A stretch of 49,617 nucleotides of DNA, counting the filler, from Bipalium vagum (taxonomy: Eukaryota), in NCBI GenBank assembly GCA_037834085.1. It is 2 parts of 2 records of this genome, joined end to end, with 100 filler letters (N's around TTAATTAATTAA, not from the genome) between each part and the next. Parts side by side here need not be neighbours in the genome. Positions count along the whole stretch, not along the records: positions 1 to 29,935 come from JBBMKC010012851.1; 1 more part is not named here. The stretch is one strand, 5' to 3'. The notes under the pieces are model-generated. The model did no database searches. It was not told the origin of the DNA and saw only the letters and a list, made by a program, of their open reading frames with translations. Within the stretch, counting starts at the first letter, position 1. The number at the start of each line of letters is the position of its first letter. Shown here one piece after another: positions 1 through 11,949 of the stretch. Made by a program: the position numbers and the translations under genes.

Positions 1-69
1 ATTATTTTAAGAATTCTAAAAAGTTAGACTAATTTGAAAATGAAACAAACATATATAATATTAAAACAA

Positions 70-187
70 ATATGCGTTTTATACACGGGTGGGTGTTATA
101 CAACAAAAAAATTGGAATAAAATTTTTGGTTGAAAATTAAGCTGCATGTTATACACAGGTGCGCATTATAAACGGGATTTTAGGGTA
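70..187. mobile_element. Right terminus of a pogo/Tc2-like DNA transposon or MITE
   Basis: Repeated TGCG/TGT-TTATACACGGG subterminal motifs ending ...GCGCATTATAAACGGGATTTTAGGG|TA. The reverse complement resembles the TA-CCGTA... Tc2/pogo-type TIR. Confidence 0.55.
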
Positions 188-489
188 ACCTAAGCTAATA
201 TTAATTAATTTAAAATAATTAAAAATTTTGACCTTAAGGTAATATAACAGTATATATAAATAAGTTAAAGGTATCTTACTATTGAGTTGAGCAAAAATTC
301 CTTTCTTTAATTTACATTGTGACAAGTAAGAAAATATTGAAAGTCTAAAATCATTTGAAACATAAGAAATATATATTTTTTAATACAGAAACTATGTTGT
401 TCACTTAAGAAAGTTATTATATGAGTTAAAATTATAGGAAAAATGTGAAAAACAATAATCAATATATTTGTTGCTTGGTATAACTTTAA

Positions 490-618
490 TTTTGTAAAGG
501 AAAAAATTCAAATCAGACCAAAATTTGTAAAGTGTCTTAGAAAAGTACGACGAAGGAACACGAAAAAGCTCCAGATCGGTGATGAAGTTGGTGAACACTC
601 ACGGAGATCATTGTTGAC
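490..618 (+). mobile_element. Mariner transposase C-terminal relic
   Basis: With frameshifts reads KKFKSDQNL*SVLEK..YDEG.RK.PDR*MK.VNTHGD.IVD, matching the mariner C-terminal 'GIxKLPxRWxKVVxxxGxY' motif. Confidence 0.6.
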
Positions 619-619
619 A

Positions 620-2290
620 GGGAGTGATCATATCGAAGGTTCGTTTAAGGAAAAACGGTATTATACAACACGTTATCAATGTATTATCAATGTATCTCAA
701 AATTCAATTTCAAACAATCTGCTTAAGATAGGTTATGTGTCTCGTTACGGTATTTGGGTGTCACACCATTTAAATGAAAAAACTTAACCCATCGAATATC
801 AATTTGCAATTCATTGGTCAAACGAAATCAATAAATTACATTTCTCATAAAAATTATTCTGGATTTTATAAAATAATGTCTAGCACAAAAGATCTTGAGA
901 AAAATATGATGTACACTCACAAACGAAAGAAGTGAAAAAATTTCGACCGAAAATTTAATGTGCATTTGATGAGACTGGAAAGAATCTTATAACTCGGCTA
1001 TTTGAGAAAAATTGATATTAAAGGTAAGTAATCTTTTTAATGAAAAGAATGTATATTTTTAAGCAATATTAGAAACTTTATTTGTTTTAAGTACAAAAGT
1101 TTTATTTATTCAATAAAATAGCCTTCAGTGTCAATTACAGCTTCAAGACGGCTTCTGAAAAGCATACAAGCCCCGATCAAATGGTTTTTGTTTATATTTA
1201 TTATAGCAGAACTTATAGAAGCCCGTAAGGAATCTTTGTTATTAAAAGAATGTTTGTTCTTCTCCTTCTCTCGACGCCCCATACGAAATAGTCCAAAGGA
1301 TTTAAATCGGGTAACCTAGGTGACCATAAGTTTGGAGTTACATGGTCGTTAAAATTTAGCGATAACAATTTTTGTGTTTCTAATGCTGTATGACAGAGAG
1401 CTGAGTTTTGTTGAAATACATAAGACCTTCCATGGGCAACTTTTTCAATCCAGAGCTTCACTAATGTATTCAGACACTCTATATGAAGAGATGCATTAAT
1501 TCTAAGTCCCCATGGAAAGAAATACGGATGCATACAATGATTTTTGTTGCTCACAACACCCAATATCATTAAAATGATGGAAACTTGGTGTGTATAATAT
1601 ATGGGAATTCAGAAGCACTGGAGCACAGCCATCGATCGTTCCTCCTTTTGATCTTGAGTAAAAAGTTTTTAATCAGAAAAGAACCATAACATGTTTGGAT
1701 CATGAGGATGCTTGATTTTGCTTTGAAGACACTTCGAGCGGATTAAACGATTTTCTTTGCTTTTTGCCGATACAAAATGACTTCTTCTCATGACGTATGA
1801 CTTGCATTTTAAGTCACTGTGTATCGTCCGTTTTACTGTTGACTCAGAAACCGTTAGTCGATGGTCAATTTCTCTCATTAATGTTCCGGGACTTTTATGA
1901 ACAAAATTGACATTTCTGACAATGTCCTTTTATGTCCTTAAATAACTGACGCATTATTAAGAGTTGATTAAACAAAATGAAAAAATGAAAGTACTGAATC
2001 AAGCTTGATAATTTGAAGCCATCAATAGAAGAAAAGTGAGTTTGAATGAGCAATAAATATGGAATAATATTTACAGACCAGACAAAACTTATTGCAAATT
2101 GGCTGGAATGTTTAGTCCTACCTAGCTTACTCACCAGATCCGGCAACATCAGATTTTTATTTATTCCGATCCTTAGAGAATTCTCTATGGAAAATTTCAG
2201 TTCGACAATATATAATCAAACCTCGATCGACCACCATAGTGATAAAGTCCATATTTTATGGCTGTCATCAAGATGGTTGCCAATCCAGTA
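620..2290 (+). mobile_element. Decayed mariner (DD34D) split by a nested maT insertion: left part ~620-988, right part ~1954-2290
   Basis: Left: GYVSRYGIWVSHHL (WVPHEL motif) through CI**DWK. Right resumes YxELIKQNE...LDNLK...AYSPDPATSDFYLFRSLENSL (YSPDLAPSD motif). Confidence 0.8.
989..1953 (-). mobile_element. maT (DD37D) transposon relic, 5'-truncated, multiple frameshifts
   Basis: ORFs 1669-1878 (..WFFSD) and 1213-1569 (FQQN-x37-D, SPRLPDLNPLDY) plus C-terminus RSRLEAVIDTEGYFIE* ending near 1108. I counted 37 residues between the second (mutated to N) and third catalytic positions. Confidence 0.88.
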
Positions 2291-5200
2291 AATCTAATTA
2301 TGTAAATAATAATTGTTACAAAATTCATTGTCATACTTTACTTATTTTTTGGATATAAATTATAATAGTATTTTTATAATAATATTTTAATTCATTATTG
2401 ATAAAGATCCAACTTTATTTTATTAAAATATTCATCAATTTTTGTTTACTTGCCATGTATCTTTAGATCAAGAAACTGTCTTAAATGACTGATCATAAAA
2501 ACTTCTTTTGGATTTGAACTACCTTGCTTCTTCAAAAATATCTAGTAAAATTACCGCTTTGGACGATTTTGATGAAAGACTTGCTGACTCTTTCTGAACA
2601 ATTTCACTGTGTAATTCATCTTCTGCAAGAAGTCGTAAAATTTTCTCATTATCACAAAAGTTGACAGTTAAAGTTTAAAGTCTAAAATTAGTCAATCATT
2701 TCACCAATCTTTTAAAATGTTTTTTGATTTCAAGGTAATCATTAATTTCAATGGTATCAATAGCCATATTTAAAATTATAGCAGTCGGAAGATTCAGAAA
2801 AATTTATTGTCAGAAGATTTTTGAAGAAGATTTCAAGTTGGTGTCATTTATGTCCAGTCTTATGAGACAGGAGCCAACGATGGGTCCTTAAGTACTAGGG
2901 CGTTTTTAAGCTAACTGGGCCAGGCTCAGCAAACGACCATTGAACACATCGTCTATTGGATCGGTGAGACCTATATTGAATTGTTTTATTTTTCTTTTTT
3001 AACAATTAACATTATTCTTATTAATTATTATTTTTTGTCAGGTATTGAACATTTTGCTGATATGAATATTATTGATTATTCGATTTTATTGTTTTGTTTT
3101 TTAGTACTATTGATTCTGATTATTGGAACATTTTTTTGTGTTATTATGTGATTAATTTTGTATATGTGATTGAAATAATTGTTTTATTCTAGTCGTTTAA
3201 TTCAATATTTGCGAACTTGTATCGATAAAAATGGAAGGGTAAGTAAATTTTACGAGCTAAGTGTTACGAAAGGGTTTTCGTAGCAATTTAAAAGCGTTTC
3301 GATATATAAACTTTGAATATTAGAATATGTGAATATAAAAATAAATTAGAATAATATTTTATATTTTGTTTTGTTTTACTTGTTCTCCAAGGCTTATTAA
3401 CAAAAGTTGAGTTTGTAAGCATCGTTTTATATCTTATACACAGAGTATTTTAAAATCTATTATTATGTATTTTAACATACTTTTACTTTAAATATTTTAA
3501 TAACCAGCAAAGATATTTGGAATAACATTTACTAAAAAGAAAATTACAATAATTGATTATACAATTTGGCACCCATTTATACTTAGACAATATTTTAATG
3601 AAGATTTAAAATTTAAGCATAATTGTTGTCAACTTTCAATGTCTATCTCCGAAAAGGAATTTAAATATTCTGTCATTTAAGCCCAGTTACTATAGGTCTG
3701 TCTCTGTAATGTCCTCAGATACCACCACAAGAAGTGTACTGTATCAGGTGAAGGAGGATACTTCTCAATTGAAATTCATCTCTCAACTCGATGATTACAG
3801 AACTTTCTGTCCTACCAGTTTCTTATACTCGAAAACTTCAAGATTTATTTTTGATAATTTGCAGTACCCATTAAAAGTCCTTATCTCATATCAGTTAAAC
3901 GAGTTCTGTTTTTCCACTGAGGCCATCTGAAATTATTAGTGATCACGGTACGTTATTCAAATTCGAGTTATAACTTATGAGAACGGTTATCTATAGTTTA
4001 TCTGAACTAACGTTTTTTAAACTGAGACAAACGACTTAATTCTGTACTTGAGAGCTTCTCTAAAATCAAAAGGACATCATTTTAGACACCCTTTGAAACA
4101 TTTTATTTGCTATTGTTTACCTTTTGAAATAAATTTAAGAACTCAAATATAATTGATCTTATAGTTATAGTCTCTTAAATAAGTGTAGAAACTTTTTTCA
4201 CTTGAGGAATTTTTAAAAAGTTAACTTCTGAGCGATCTAAAGGTTTAGAGTATTTTTTGAAAAAGTATTTCTTTTTTTTGATACGAATTCTTTATAATGA
4301 CAAGCTATTTACTTAATTTCTTTATAATCGAAATGTTTTACTCAACGTTTTTGATAGTTAATCAAAAATTAACATAAAATCTAAAAGTTAGGAAAAAATA
4401 ATTGTAAGAAATATTCTACGTATACTGAATAAATGAAAAATATTAAAGATTAATAAAATAAAGGATTTCTTTTACATATTTTGTTATGAAAATGATAAGA
4501 GAAGAAAGGAATCATTAACCATTAGATTAAAGTGTAATTTATTATTGGTCAAAAATAATTTAAATTTATAAAACTTATAGCACTTTATTTTCAAAATTAA
4601 TCATGGAAGTTCCCTCTTATAATTAGCTGAAGAATAAAATTTACACTTGATATTTCTCCATAAAGTTCAGTAATTAACATTAATGAAACAATTTGAGAAA
4701 AATTATGCAATATAGTAAATTAGATTAAGTTTTATATAAAAAAATCCGTATTTTCAAAGATATGAAAAATTCTATATGCACATATTTTGATAGGTCAAAC
4801 ACTTTTCTATAAATAGTAACATGTGACTTTTTAAAATCTACAGTTAATTAGAAATTTATAACATTTATAAGAAAAATCAACATTTGAAGGAAGGTGTCCC
4901 TTATTCTATCACTAGGCATATAAAATAGAAACAAACTTTTGTTTTAAGAGATTTTTAGTACTTAATAAATTTGTTAAGTTCCTAAAAAAGGCTGATTTTA
5001 ACTTAAAAATATCAATAATGTGCTTTTAGGTCACTCATAAAAACGTATATTACTATCAGAAGAACTTATGGAGTGCAATTCGGAACTGTAAATAAAATAG
5101 GACAAAATGAAAACAAATCGAATTGATACCAAATATTTTTATTTGTAAAAATGTAATTTTACAATGGAAGTTTAAATGAGAATTCTTAAATCCTTTCACA

Positions 5201-5457
5201 GTTATCCTGTAAGCTGTGGAAAGGCTCTGAGGTAATTTACCAGCCCTTACGAACAAAAAGAAAAATCGGGAGAATATAAAAATAAGAGCAAAGGTAATCC
5301 TACTTAATAGTGATTACCGAAAGATGCAAATTAAAATATGATTTTTATGAATCCGTGTAAACTATAATAGCTTACCAGATTTTATAATAATTAACAATTT
5401 ATAAAATGATAATAATTAAAAATAATAAAATTTACTGTGTCAATGGCATATATTAAT

Positions 5458-5540
5458 CGTAGTCGAAGTTTGATGATTGTTGTTGAACGTCGTCGAAGTT
5501 TGATGTTTGTTGTTGAATGTTGTCGAAGTTTGTTATTGTA
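5458..5540. repeat. 30-bp tandem repeat, about 2.7 copies
   Basis: GTCGAAGTTTGATGATTGTTGTTGAACGTC / GTCGAAGTTTGATGTTTGTTGTTGAATGTT / GTCGAAGTTTGTTATTG. Confidence 0.9.
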
Positions 5541-6157
5541 ATTATTTTTTTTTCTGTTTGACTTTCTGTGGAATTTTAACTACTTAAATATGCTCGGAAT
5601 TGTATGCAAATGACTGGTAAGAATGTGTTTAATTATGCGAAATTTTTGCGTTACTTTTAGTTTTTAATTAACCTTTTATATTATATTTTTTAAAGTCATT
5701 TCTATTTCTAGTTTTTTTATTTTTTCCTTTTTCATTTTTTTATTATAAATTATTTCCTTATTTATATTTGTATTACTTTTTTGCTAGGTTTCTATTTTTA
5801 GAAACCTTGTTTTTTCAAATTTTTATTTTATATATAATTATTTTTTTTGTAAATTTTCTGTATAATTTATTAACAATATTAATAATAATAAGAACAACAA
5901 TAATCATAATAATACTAATAATTTTTAGGTCTTTGATTTTATTCTTTTAGGAATTCTCATTTTTTACAATCAAATAAAACAAAAAAAAAATACTTTTATT
6001 ATTTTTATAAAAACTATCAAAATCAATTATCACAATTAAGTTGTCTTATTAAATTTGTCAATTTCTCTTGAATCTCCAGAAATTGTTTAAGACTAGCATT
6101 GATTTCTTTCAAAGACTGATAAATTGTCTTTGATTATGATACCAATAAAAAAGAGTT

Positions 6158-6462
6158 GGTACTATTATACTAAAAAAACCCTGTGTAGTGTGTATATCCA
6201 TACACTAAAAAAATTATGACAGGTTGACTAATTATTCATTTTTTATTGTTTCATCGATTAAAAGAAACTGTGTATTATTTTTTATTATTAATTTTTAAAT
6301 CAGTAAATAATTAATAATAATTGGCACAAACTGTAATCCAAATTACACCGAAAGTAGTGATAATCTAAATTTTTAATCTAATTTATCACAAAAACCCTGC
6401 ATACACACAAATTTTTTAGTGTGTATATTACTACACAGGGTTTTTTTTAGTTCAATAGTACC
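6158..6462. mobile_element. MITE, 305 bp, ~55-60-bp imperfect TIRs starting GGTACTA
   Basis: Left GGTACTATTATACTAAAAAAACCCTGTGTAGT versus reverse complement of right end GGTACTATTGAACTAAAAAAAACCCTGTGTAGT; GTT flanks both sides. Confidence 0.88.
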
Positions 6463-7907
6463 GTTTATTAGATAATTTACTTTATCAAAAGTGAAATATT
6501 TTACTTGTCTTCTGTATTGATCAAACTTTGGGCCTTCTGATTAAGGTTTCCTACATATTCATTTTCAAATTTATTTGCAACTGGAAAAATGATCAACCAT
6601 AGCTTCAATAAAGCATATTGTTGAATAACTCTTAATAAAATATTTAAATATTTAATCAATAAAGATTTATTGATTTTATCATCATCATATTTGATAAAAC
6701 TTTGAACAGATAATATGCATTATTTTCGATAAATAATGTAAAATAAAACTGTAAAAAAGAAAGATGATAATCAAATTTCTAATTTACAATTTTATAAATA
6801 TTTTTTCTAAAATTTGAATAAAATCTATAAATTATGTTCCTTGTTGAAACTTTCAAAAATATCTTTAAAAAATATTTATATTAAAACTAAATCATTTTAA
6901 GATGAAAAAAAGTTAAAATAACATAAAAAAATTAGAAAAAATGTTATTAAATAAAAAATTTAATTTAATTTTTTAATGATTTATAAATTATAACTGAGAT
7001 TTATAGACGTTTTTAGCCATTTTGATATTTCTCACAACTTTTTTATTTTAACTTTTAATACGAGAATTTGCTAAAACATAAGGAAAAGATTAATACGTTG
7101 TTTTAAGCTGTATTAAAACCCTGAACCAAACATAAACCAAACGAAAATTTTACAAATATAAACAAAAGAGTCAATTAATGAATCAATAAAAACTGTACAA
7201 AAATTGAAAATAGTGAGCTGTTTAAAACAAAATTTAAATAACATATGGATGGATTTAAAAGTAAAATGATGTTAATTAAAAATGAAACTGGGCGAAATAT
7301 TCATTTCTATTTTTCATTCTCAGCTCTTTGATAGTACATATTTTTCATTCCGTTTTCCTCAGTATTCCTCTGATGTAGGAATCCTTTTTCGCAAGGTAGT
7401 ATAAATGTTACCCGTACAGCATAATAAAAATAATTAAAATAAAATAATTGAATATAAAAATTACGATAAAGCGTAAAATTTGAATCCCTTTATCAATAAA
7501 AGATGAAAAGGTGCCATGGAAAGAATCTATTAGAAGAATGGAAATTTAGAAATTAATCAAAGTAAAAATAAATGAAATGGATAAAATAAATAAAAAATAT
7601 TTTAAATTAATAAACGCATTTGAGCATAATTATTTTCGCATAATAAAATATATTATTATTTATTAATTTTGTCGTTTTATACTTAATTAAATTTTATAGA
7701 AAAAATTGAAAAATAATACGTTATCATTATTCATCTGTCCGTTCCCTTAAGTAAATCCAAATTTTACAACATTATCTTTTCCCATTACACATTCTTAAAG
7801 TTTATAAAACTTAAAATAAAATAATTGAAAATATGATTGAACAGTCTATAATTTTCTTAATCGAAAATATATAATGTGGTGTGTACATAAAGTGTATATA
7901 AAGGAAG

Positions 7908-8118
7908 TATACTCAAACCCCTTTCATTCGGACCCCTGTTAATCTGGAAAAAGGAGTAATATGGATATGTTACAAAAAATTTGATATAAAATAGGATCAA
8001 TTTTCAAATAATACCATTATAATTCATCCAATTAATCTGGAAATCGAATTGCGGGTAAATTTAGGAATTATTTTTATGTACAGTATTTACTCCCGTTAAT
8101 CCTGATAAATATGGACAA
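7908..8118. mobile_element. Tigger/pogo-like terminal remnants
   Basis: TA-CAGTA...CCCGTTAATCC near 8079 and TTAATCTGGA-like motifs near 7939, 8032 and 8096. Confidence 0.35.
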
Positions 8119-8157
8119 AATTAAAAATAATGATTAACAAAAAAAATTAATCATAAA

Positions 8158-8238
8158 AGCTCAGCGGTCAGAGCAGTGCATGCGCATGTGAAGGTCCCGG
8201 GTTCGAATCCCGGTATCTCCGATTAATTTTCACTAACA
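8158..8238 (+). mobile_element. 5'-truncated tRNA-Ala-like repeat (copy of the 35.6-kb cassette)
   Basis: A-box AGCTCAGCGG, perfect B-box GGTTCGAATCC, CGC anticodon-like triplet. The 5' acceptor strand is missing; the tail GATTAATTTTCACTAACA is shared with the 35622-35713 copy. Confidence 0.75.
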
Positions 8239-8599
8239 ATATGTATTTACAAAATCAAATTGTTGTTTAATTAATATTCTATACTTGTTTTAATTTAAAA
8301 AGTTAAAATTTTATATTATTTTTTAGATTTTAAAGGAAGATCAAACGAAAGAGAACAGATCTGACAGTTAAGGGAAAGCATCAAGTAATTTTAAAGCATG
8401 AAAATGGTAGTTCAATAAAATCATTACAGATAATATTTGTATTCAATTTTAAAATGTAATATCGAAAAATCAATTCACCACAAGTTTATAAATTTTTGAC
8501 TCAGTAATATTTATTTATTATACTTAATATTTATCTACAGAATGAACATTAACTTTAATATCTTACTTAGGCCATGGATTATTATTCTAGTGCTATGCT

Positions 8600-8983
8600 T
8601 ATGTACGTGCAAGATAATGCCAGGGGATACGTTTCTATTGTTACCATGACAAAAAATAACAGAACGTAATTGGGAAATATTAAGCCACCCATCATAGTCT
8701 TTCAAAATAGGGTTATCTAATTAACATTTATTTTTGGAGCTTCAGAATTTCCTTAATGGAAAAAAAATTAAATGGATGAAGATATAAAAAAGGCGTTGGA
8801 GAATTTTTTAAAATCTAAGGACAAATCGTTCTTCAGGAATTGAATAGAAAAGCTACCACCGAGATGTGAAGAAGTATTCAATAATAATCGGAATTATGTT
8901 ATTGAATAAATATTTATAAGCCTGTTAAAGACTTCTCATTTTCTTTTACTTAAAAATCGAAAAGACCTTTCAGGTAGACCTAA
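8600..8983 (+). mobile_element. Mariner 3' half with right TIR
   Basis: QDNARG...NWEILSHPS...LQNFLNGKK...SKDKSFFRN*IEKLPPRCEEV..NRNYVIE*; ends ...GGTAGACCTAA|TA. Confidence 0.85.
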
Positions 8984-8985
8984 TA

Positions 8986-9347
8986 TATTATTATTATTAT
9001 TATTTTATCATTTAGACTCTACTACGGCCCAGCACTGGCTTACTCTATTTGAATCATATCTTTCAGGCCTGGATATGTTCTATAGACATGTGTCTTCAGA
9101 TATCTCAGATGCCTCTTCATAAACCTAACTTATTTCGCATATTTTCATCTTTAATTGGTGGTCTTTCAGATTGCAAACAGTCACAGTTACTTAATTTTGC
9201 AAATATCTTTTTCATTGTCATCGATGTATGTATCTTTTCCCATCTCAAGTGTTTTAATGCCATCTGACTAATGTGACTAATTCCATCTTTTTTTATTCCA
9301 ACTTCTTCCTCAATGGAGAACATTATTAAAAATCGAATTTCCTTCAA
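8986..9347 (-). mobile_element. 3' end of an RTE-like LINE
   Basis: Decayed C-terminus (..HLRW..ERPPIK..AWK) like the RTE 'LRWxGH...GRPPxRW...W' region, followed by a short (TAA)n tail. Confidence 0.5.
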
Positions 9348-11352
9348 TTAAATTCTATAGCATTGATTTATTGAAACGATATAACATTTTTTTGTTGAAA
9401 TTCTATTTTTTAAAATATGTAAATTGACAAATTTAATATATATTTTTGCTGCACTCCGGAATCGAATATTTGCTTTATACATACCATGTATAAACAATTT
9501 CTGTAGAAGTTTGATTTATCACTAACACTTGTTTTATTATTCTTAATATTATATTCATATTTTAATTTATATATATTATATTCAATTTACAAATTGAAAT
9601 CAGTTCAACTATGATTAAACAAACTATTTGATTATTAATAAAAAATATTAATAAAACATAATTTTTATAAAAGAAATGTTACTTTTGTAACAAATAATTT
9701 ATAGTTAATAATTTTATTTTTATTATTTAAACTTTAATTATTTTTTATTATATTTTTTAAATTAATTTTATTTTCATAATAACTACAGGTAAGAAATAAT
9801 ATTTTAATTTTTTTTAAAAAACGTATTGTAATAAAAGTTCTTTTTTGGAACAAAAAATTAAAATTAAATATTATTATTAAATTTTATATTCATTAAAATA
9901 TTAATATTAATTAATTTTTTATATATTCAGTTGAGAATAAAAATATAATTCTTTATTTTAATTTTTTCTATATAACTTAGCTGTCTTCATAAAATAATAT
10001 TTATATGGTTCGGATATTAAATTTTATTATTAAATAAATGTTTTAATTTATATTTTTTGCATTAATAGAAACAAAATATATATAAATTATTATTTTTCAT
10101 ATAATATATAAAGGCTTAAATAAAAATATTTATTTTATAAGTAAACTAGAGATATTTTATAATCTGCAAATATTTTTTAAAGCTTTTTTCGAAGTATTTA
10201 TTATTTTTTTCTTAAAACTGTCTGCATTAATGAAAAAATCTATTTTATCCTCTTATAAATGCAAGTATGTCGTCAGCCTTTTATTTCTCAAGTTGATAAG
10301 GTATACTTTATTCAAGAAGGTAGGTAGACATTTCTAGACGGAAAGAGTAAGGTATAATACTCCGTATAAAATTTAATACTAAGAAGGAGACATGATCCAA
10401 ATTTTCACATAATAAAAGGCAGTTCTATATGAATGCATAAGTTCGTGTAATTAGGACATGTTTGGGGTATTCGAGAAATGATTAGCGTTTCATATGATGC
10501 ACATTTTCAAGAAAAATTTTCTATGCTGTTTTCCAACAAAGTCATATAAAATATAATGTTTAGAATGTAAAAAATGAAGATTGTTTTAGGTCTTGTTTCA
10601 TTTGTTCAAATTTCAAAATGTTAACAGCATTTAAAAATTTTACAAATTATAAAGATGCGGACAATTTAGCTATATTAATTAAAACTTCGGAATACTGTAG
10701 CTAAAGCAACCATAAATGTGGTTAGTGGTTTAAGAGGTCAACAGCGATTGGTGGTTTGTAGCAGTCATTAATTTTATTTAACATTCAGAAAATATACTTC
10801 AGACCTCTATAACTTTTCTGTTATTTATCACAGTCGAGTTTGGGTCAACATTGTATTTTGGCGACTTCATTTTTGATAAAACCCTTGAGGTTTTTATTTG
10901 ACAAATACTTCTTTTGCTAATTTTTCTAAACTAAGCCTTTAATTATATTTTCATCAATTGTTGTGTTTGCTAAAGGCACAAACCCTAGATTTATGGTTAC
11001 AAGGTCGTTAATAATAATAAAAATAATATAATTAATTAAGTTTTAATTATAAGAAGTACTTTTAGAAAAAACTTAAGAGCAACTTATTTACTTTTGGGTG
11101 CGAACTGAGATAAGGTTTTTAATGTGGTTATTTTGATTTAATCGAGTATAGACTTTTGTAGTACTTTCAATCAAACGAGCACAATAGTAACGGAGTGAGG
11201 AGTTAGAAGTTTGAGCAAAAAGTTACATATTTCATTGAGGAAAATAGTAATACAATAAAATTGTAATTGAGAGTCATTTTAAACATTTTTAACAATTTTG
11301 ATTTTTTAACTTTTCACTTTTGGAGTATTTTAATAAAATAATAAAAATATTA

Positions 11353-11650
11353 TTAGGTCTACAACTATGACTGTGTCCTTTTATTCCCTGCTTCAAAGAC
11401 GTGAAATGAAAGAGTTTTTTGCATCGAGTGGTAACTGCAAACGAGAAATGGATCCATATTGAGAATCCAAAACGAAAATATGCCTGGGTTGGGCCAGGTG
11501 AAGCCGCACTTTCAACCTCGAAGCCGAATATTCATAGATAAAAAAATGTTCTCTGTTTGGTGAGATCAAAGGGTTATCAATTATTTGAGTTGCTAGAATC
11601 AAATGAAAAAATCACGGATGAAAGTTATCGAAAGCAATTGATACGTTTAA
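11353..11650 (+). mobile_element. Internally deleted mariner (TIR joined to start of the catalytic domain)
   Basis: TA|TTAGGTCTAC TIR followed almost directly by SLLQRR..FLHRVVTANEKWIHIENPKRKYAWVGPGE..KPNIH..VW*D..FELLESNEKIT. Confidence 0.85.
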
Positions 11651-11918
11651 TTTTTTGTGTATTAAACTCTAATCCTAACAAGCTCACTTATTATGAAATT
11701 TGGCATGTTAAAACTAAGTGAGGCATTCTTCACTGCATTTACACAAGAAATTGTGGGAAAAATCCATGACTTAGAATAGTGAGATTGAAATCGTGCGGGA
11801 ACACTTTGTATCCATCCTATGAACAAGAAAGTCATCACTCTCCGACGTTGCTAAATAAGAGAATTATATTTTACCTTTCACCATGTATATGTCTCGAGAA
11901 CCTCTTAAATTTTATGTT

Positions 11919-11949
<31 letters not shown>

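Larger units (their letters stand above)
5453..6580 (-). pseudogene. Possible decayed gene (heptad-like segment, hydrophobic run, Q-rich repeated tail) interrupted by a MITE
   Basis: Minus-strand frames broken by a few TAA stops and frameshifts: SKTIYQSLKEINASLKQFLEIQEKLTNLIRQL; KIISIIMIIVVLIIINIVNKLYRK; TNFDNIQQQTSNFDDVQQQSSNFDYD*. Confidence 0.3.

Noticed and set aside
5458-5540. CRISPR-like repeat array
   Set aside because: Units are contiguous with no unique spacers, no cas genes, and the context is eukaryotic.
8158-8220. Functional tRNA gene
   Set aside because: The 5' acceptor strand is missing and the anticodon stem is disrupted.
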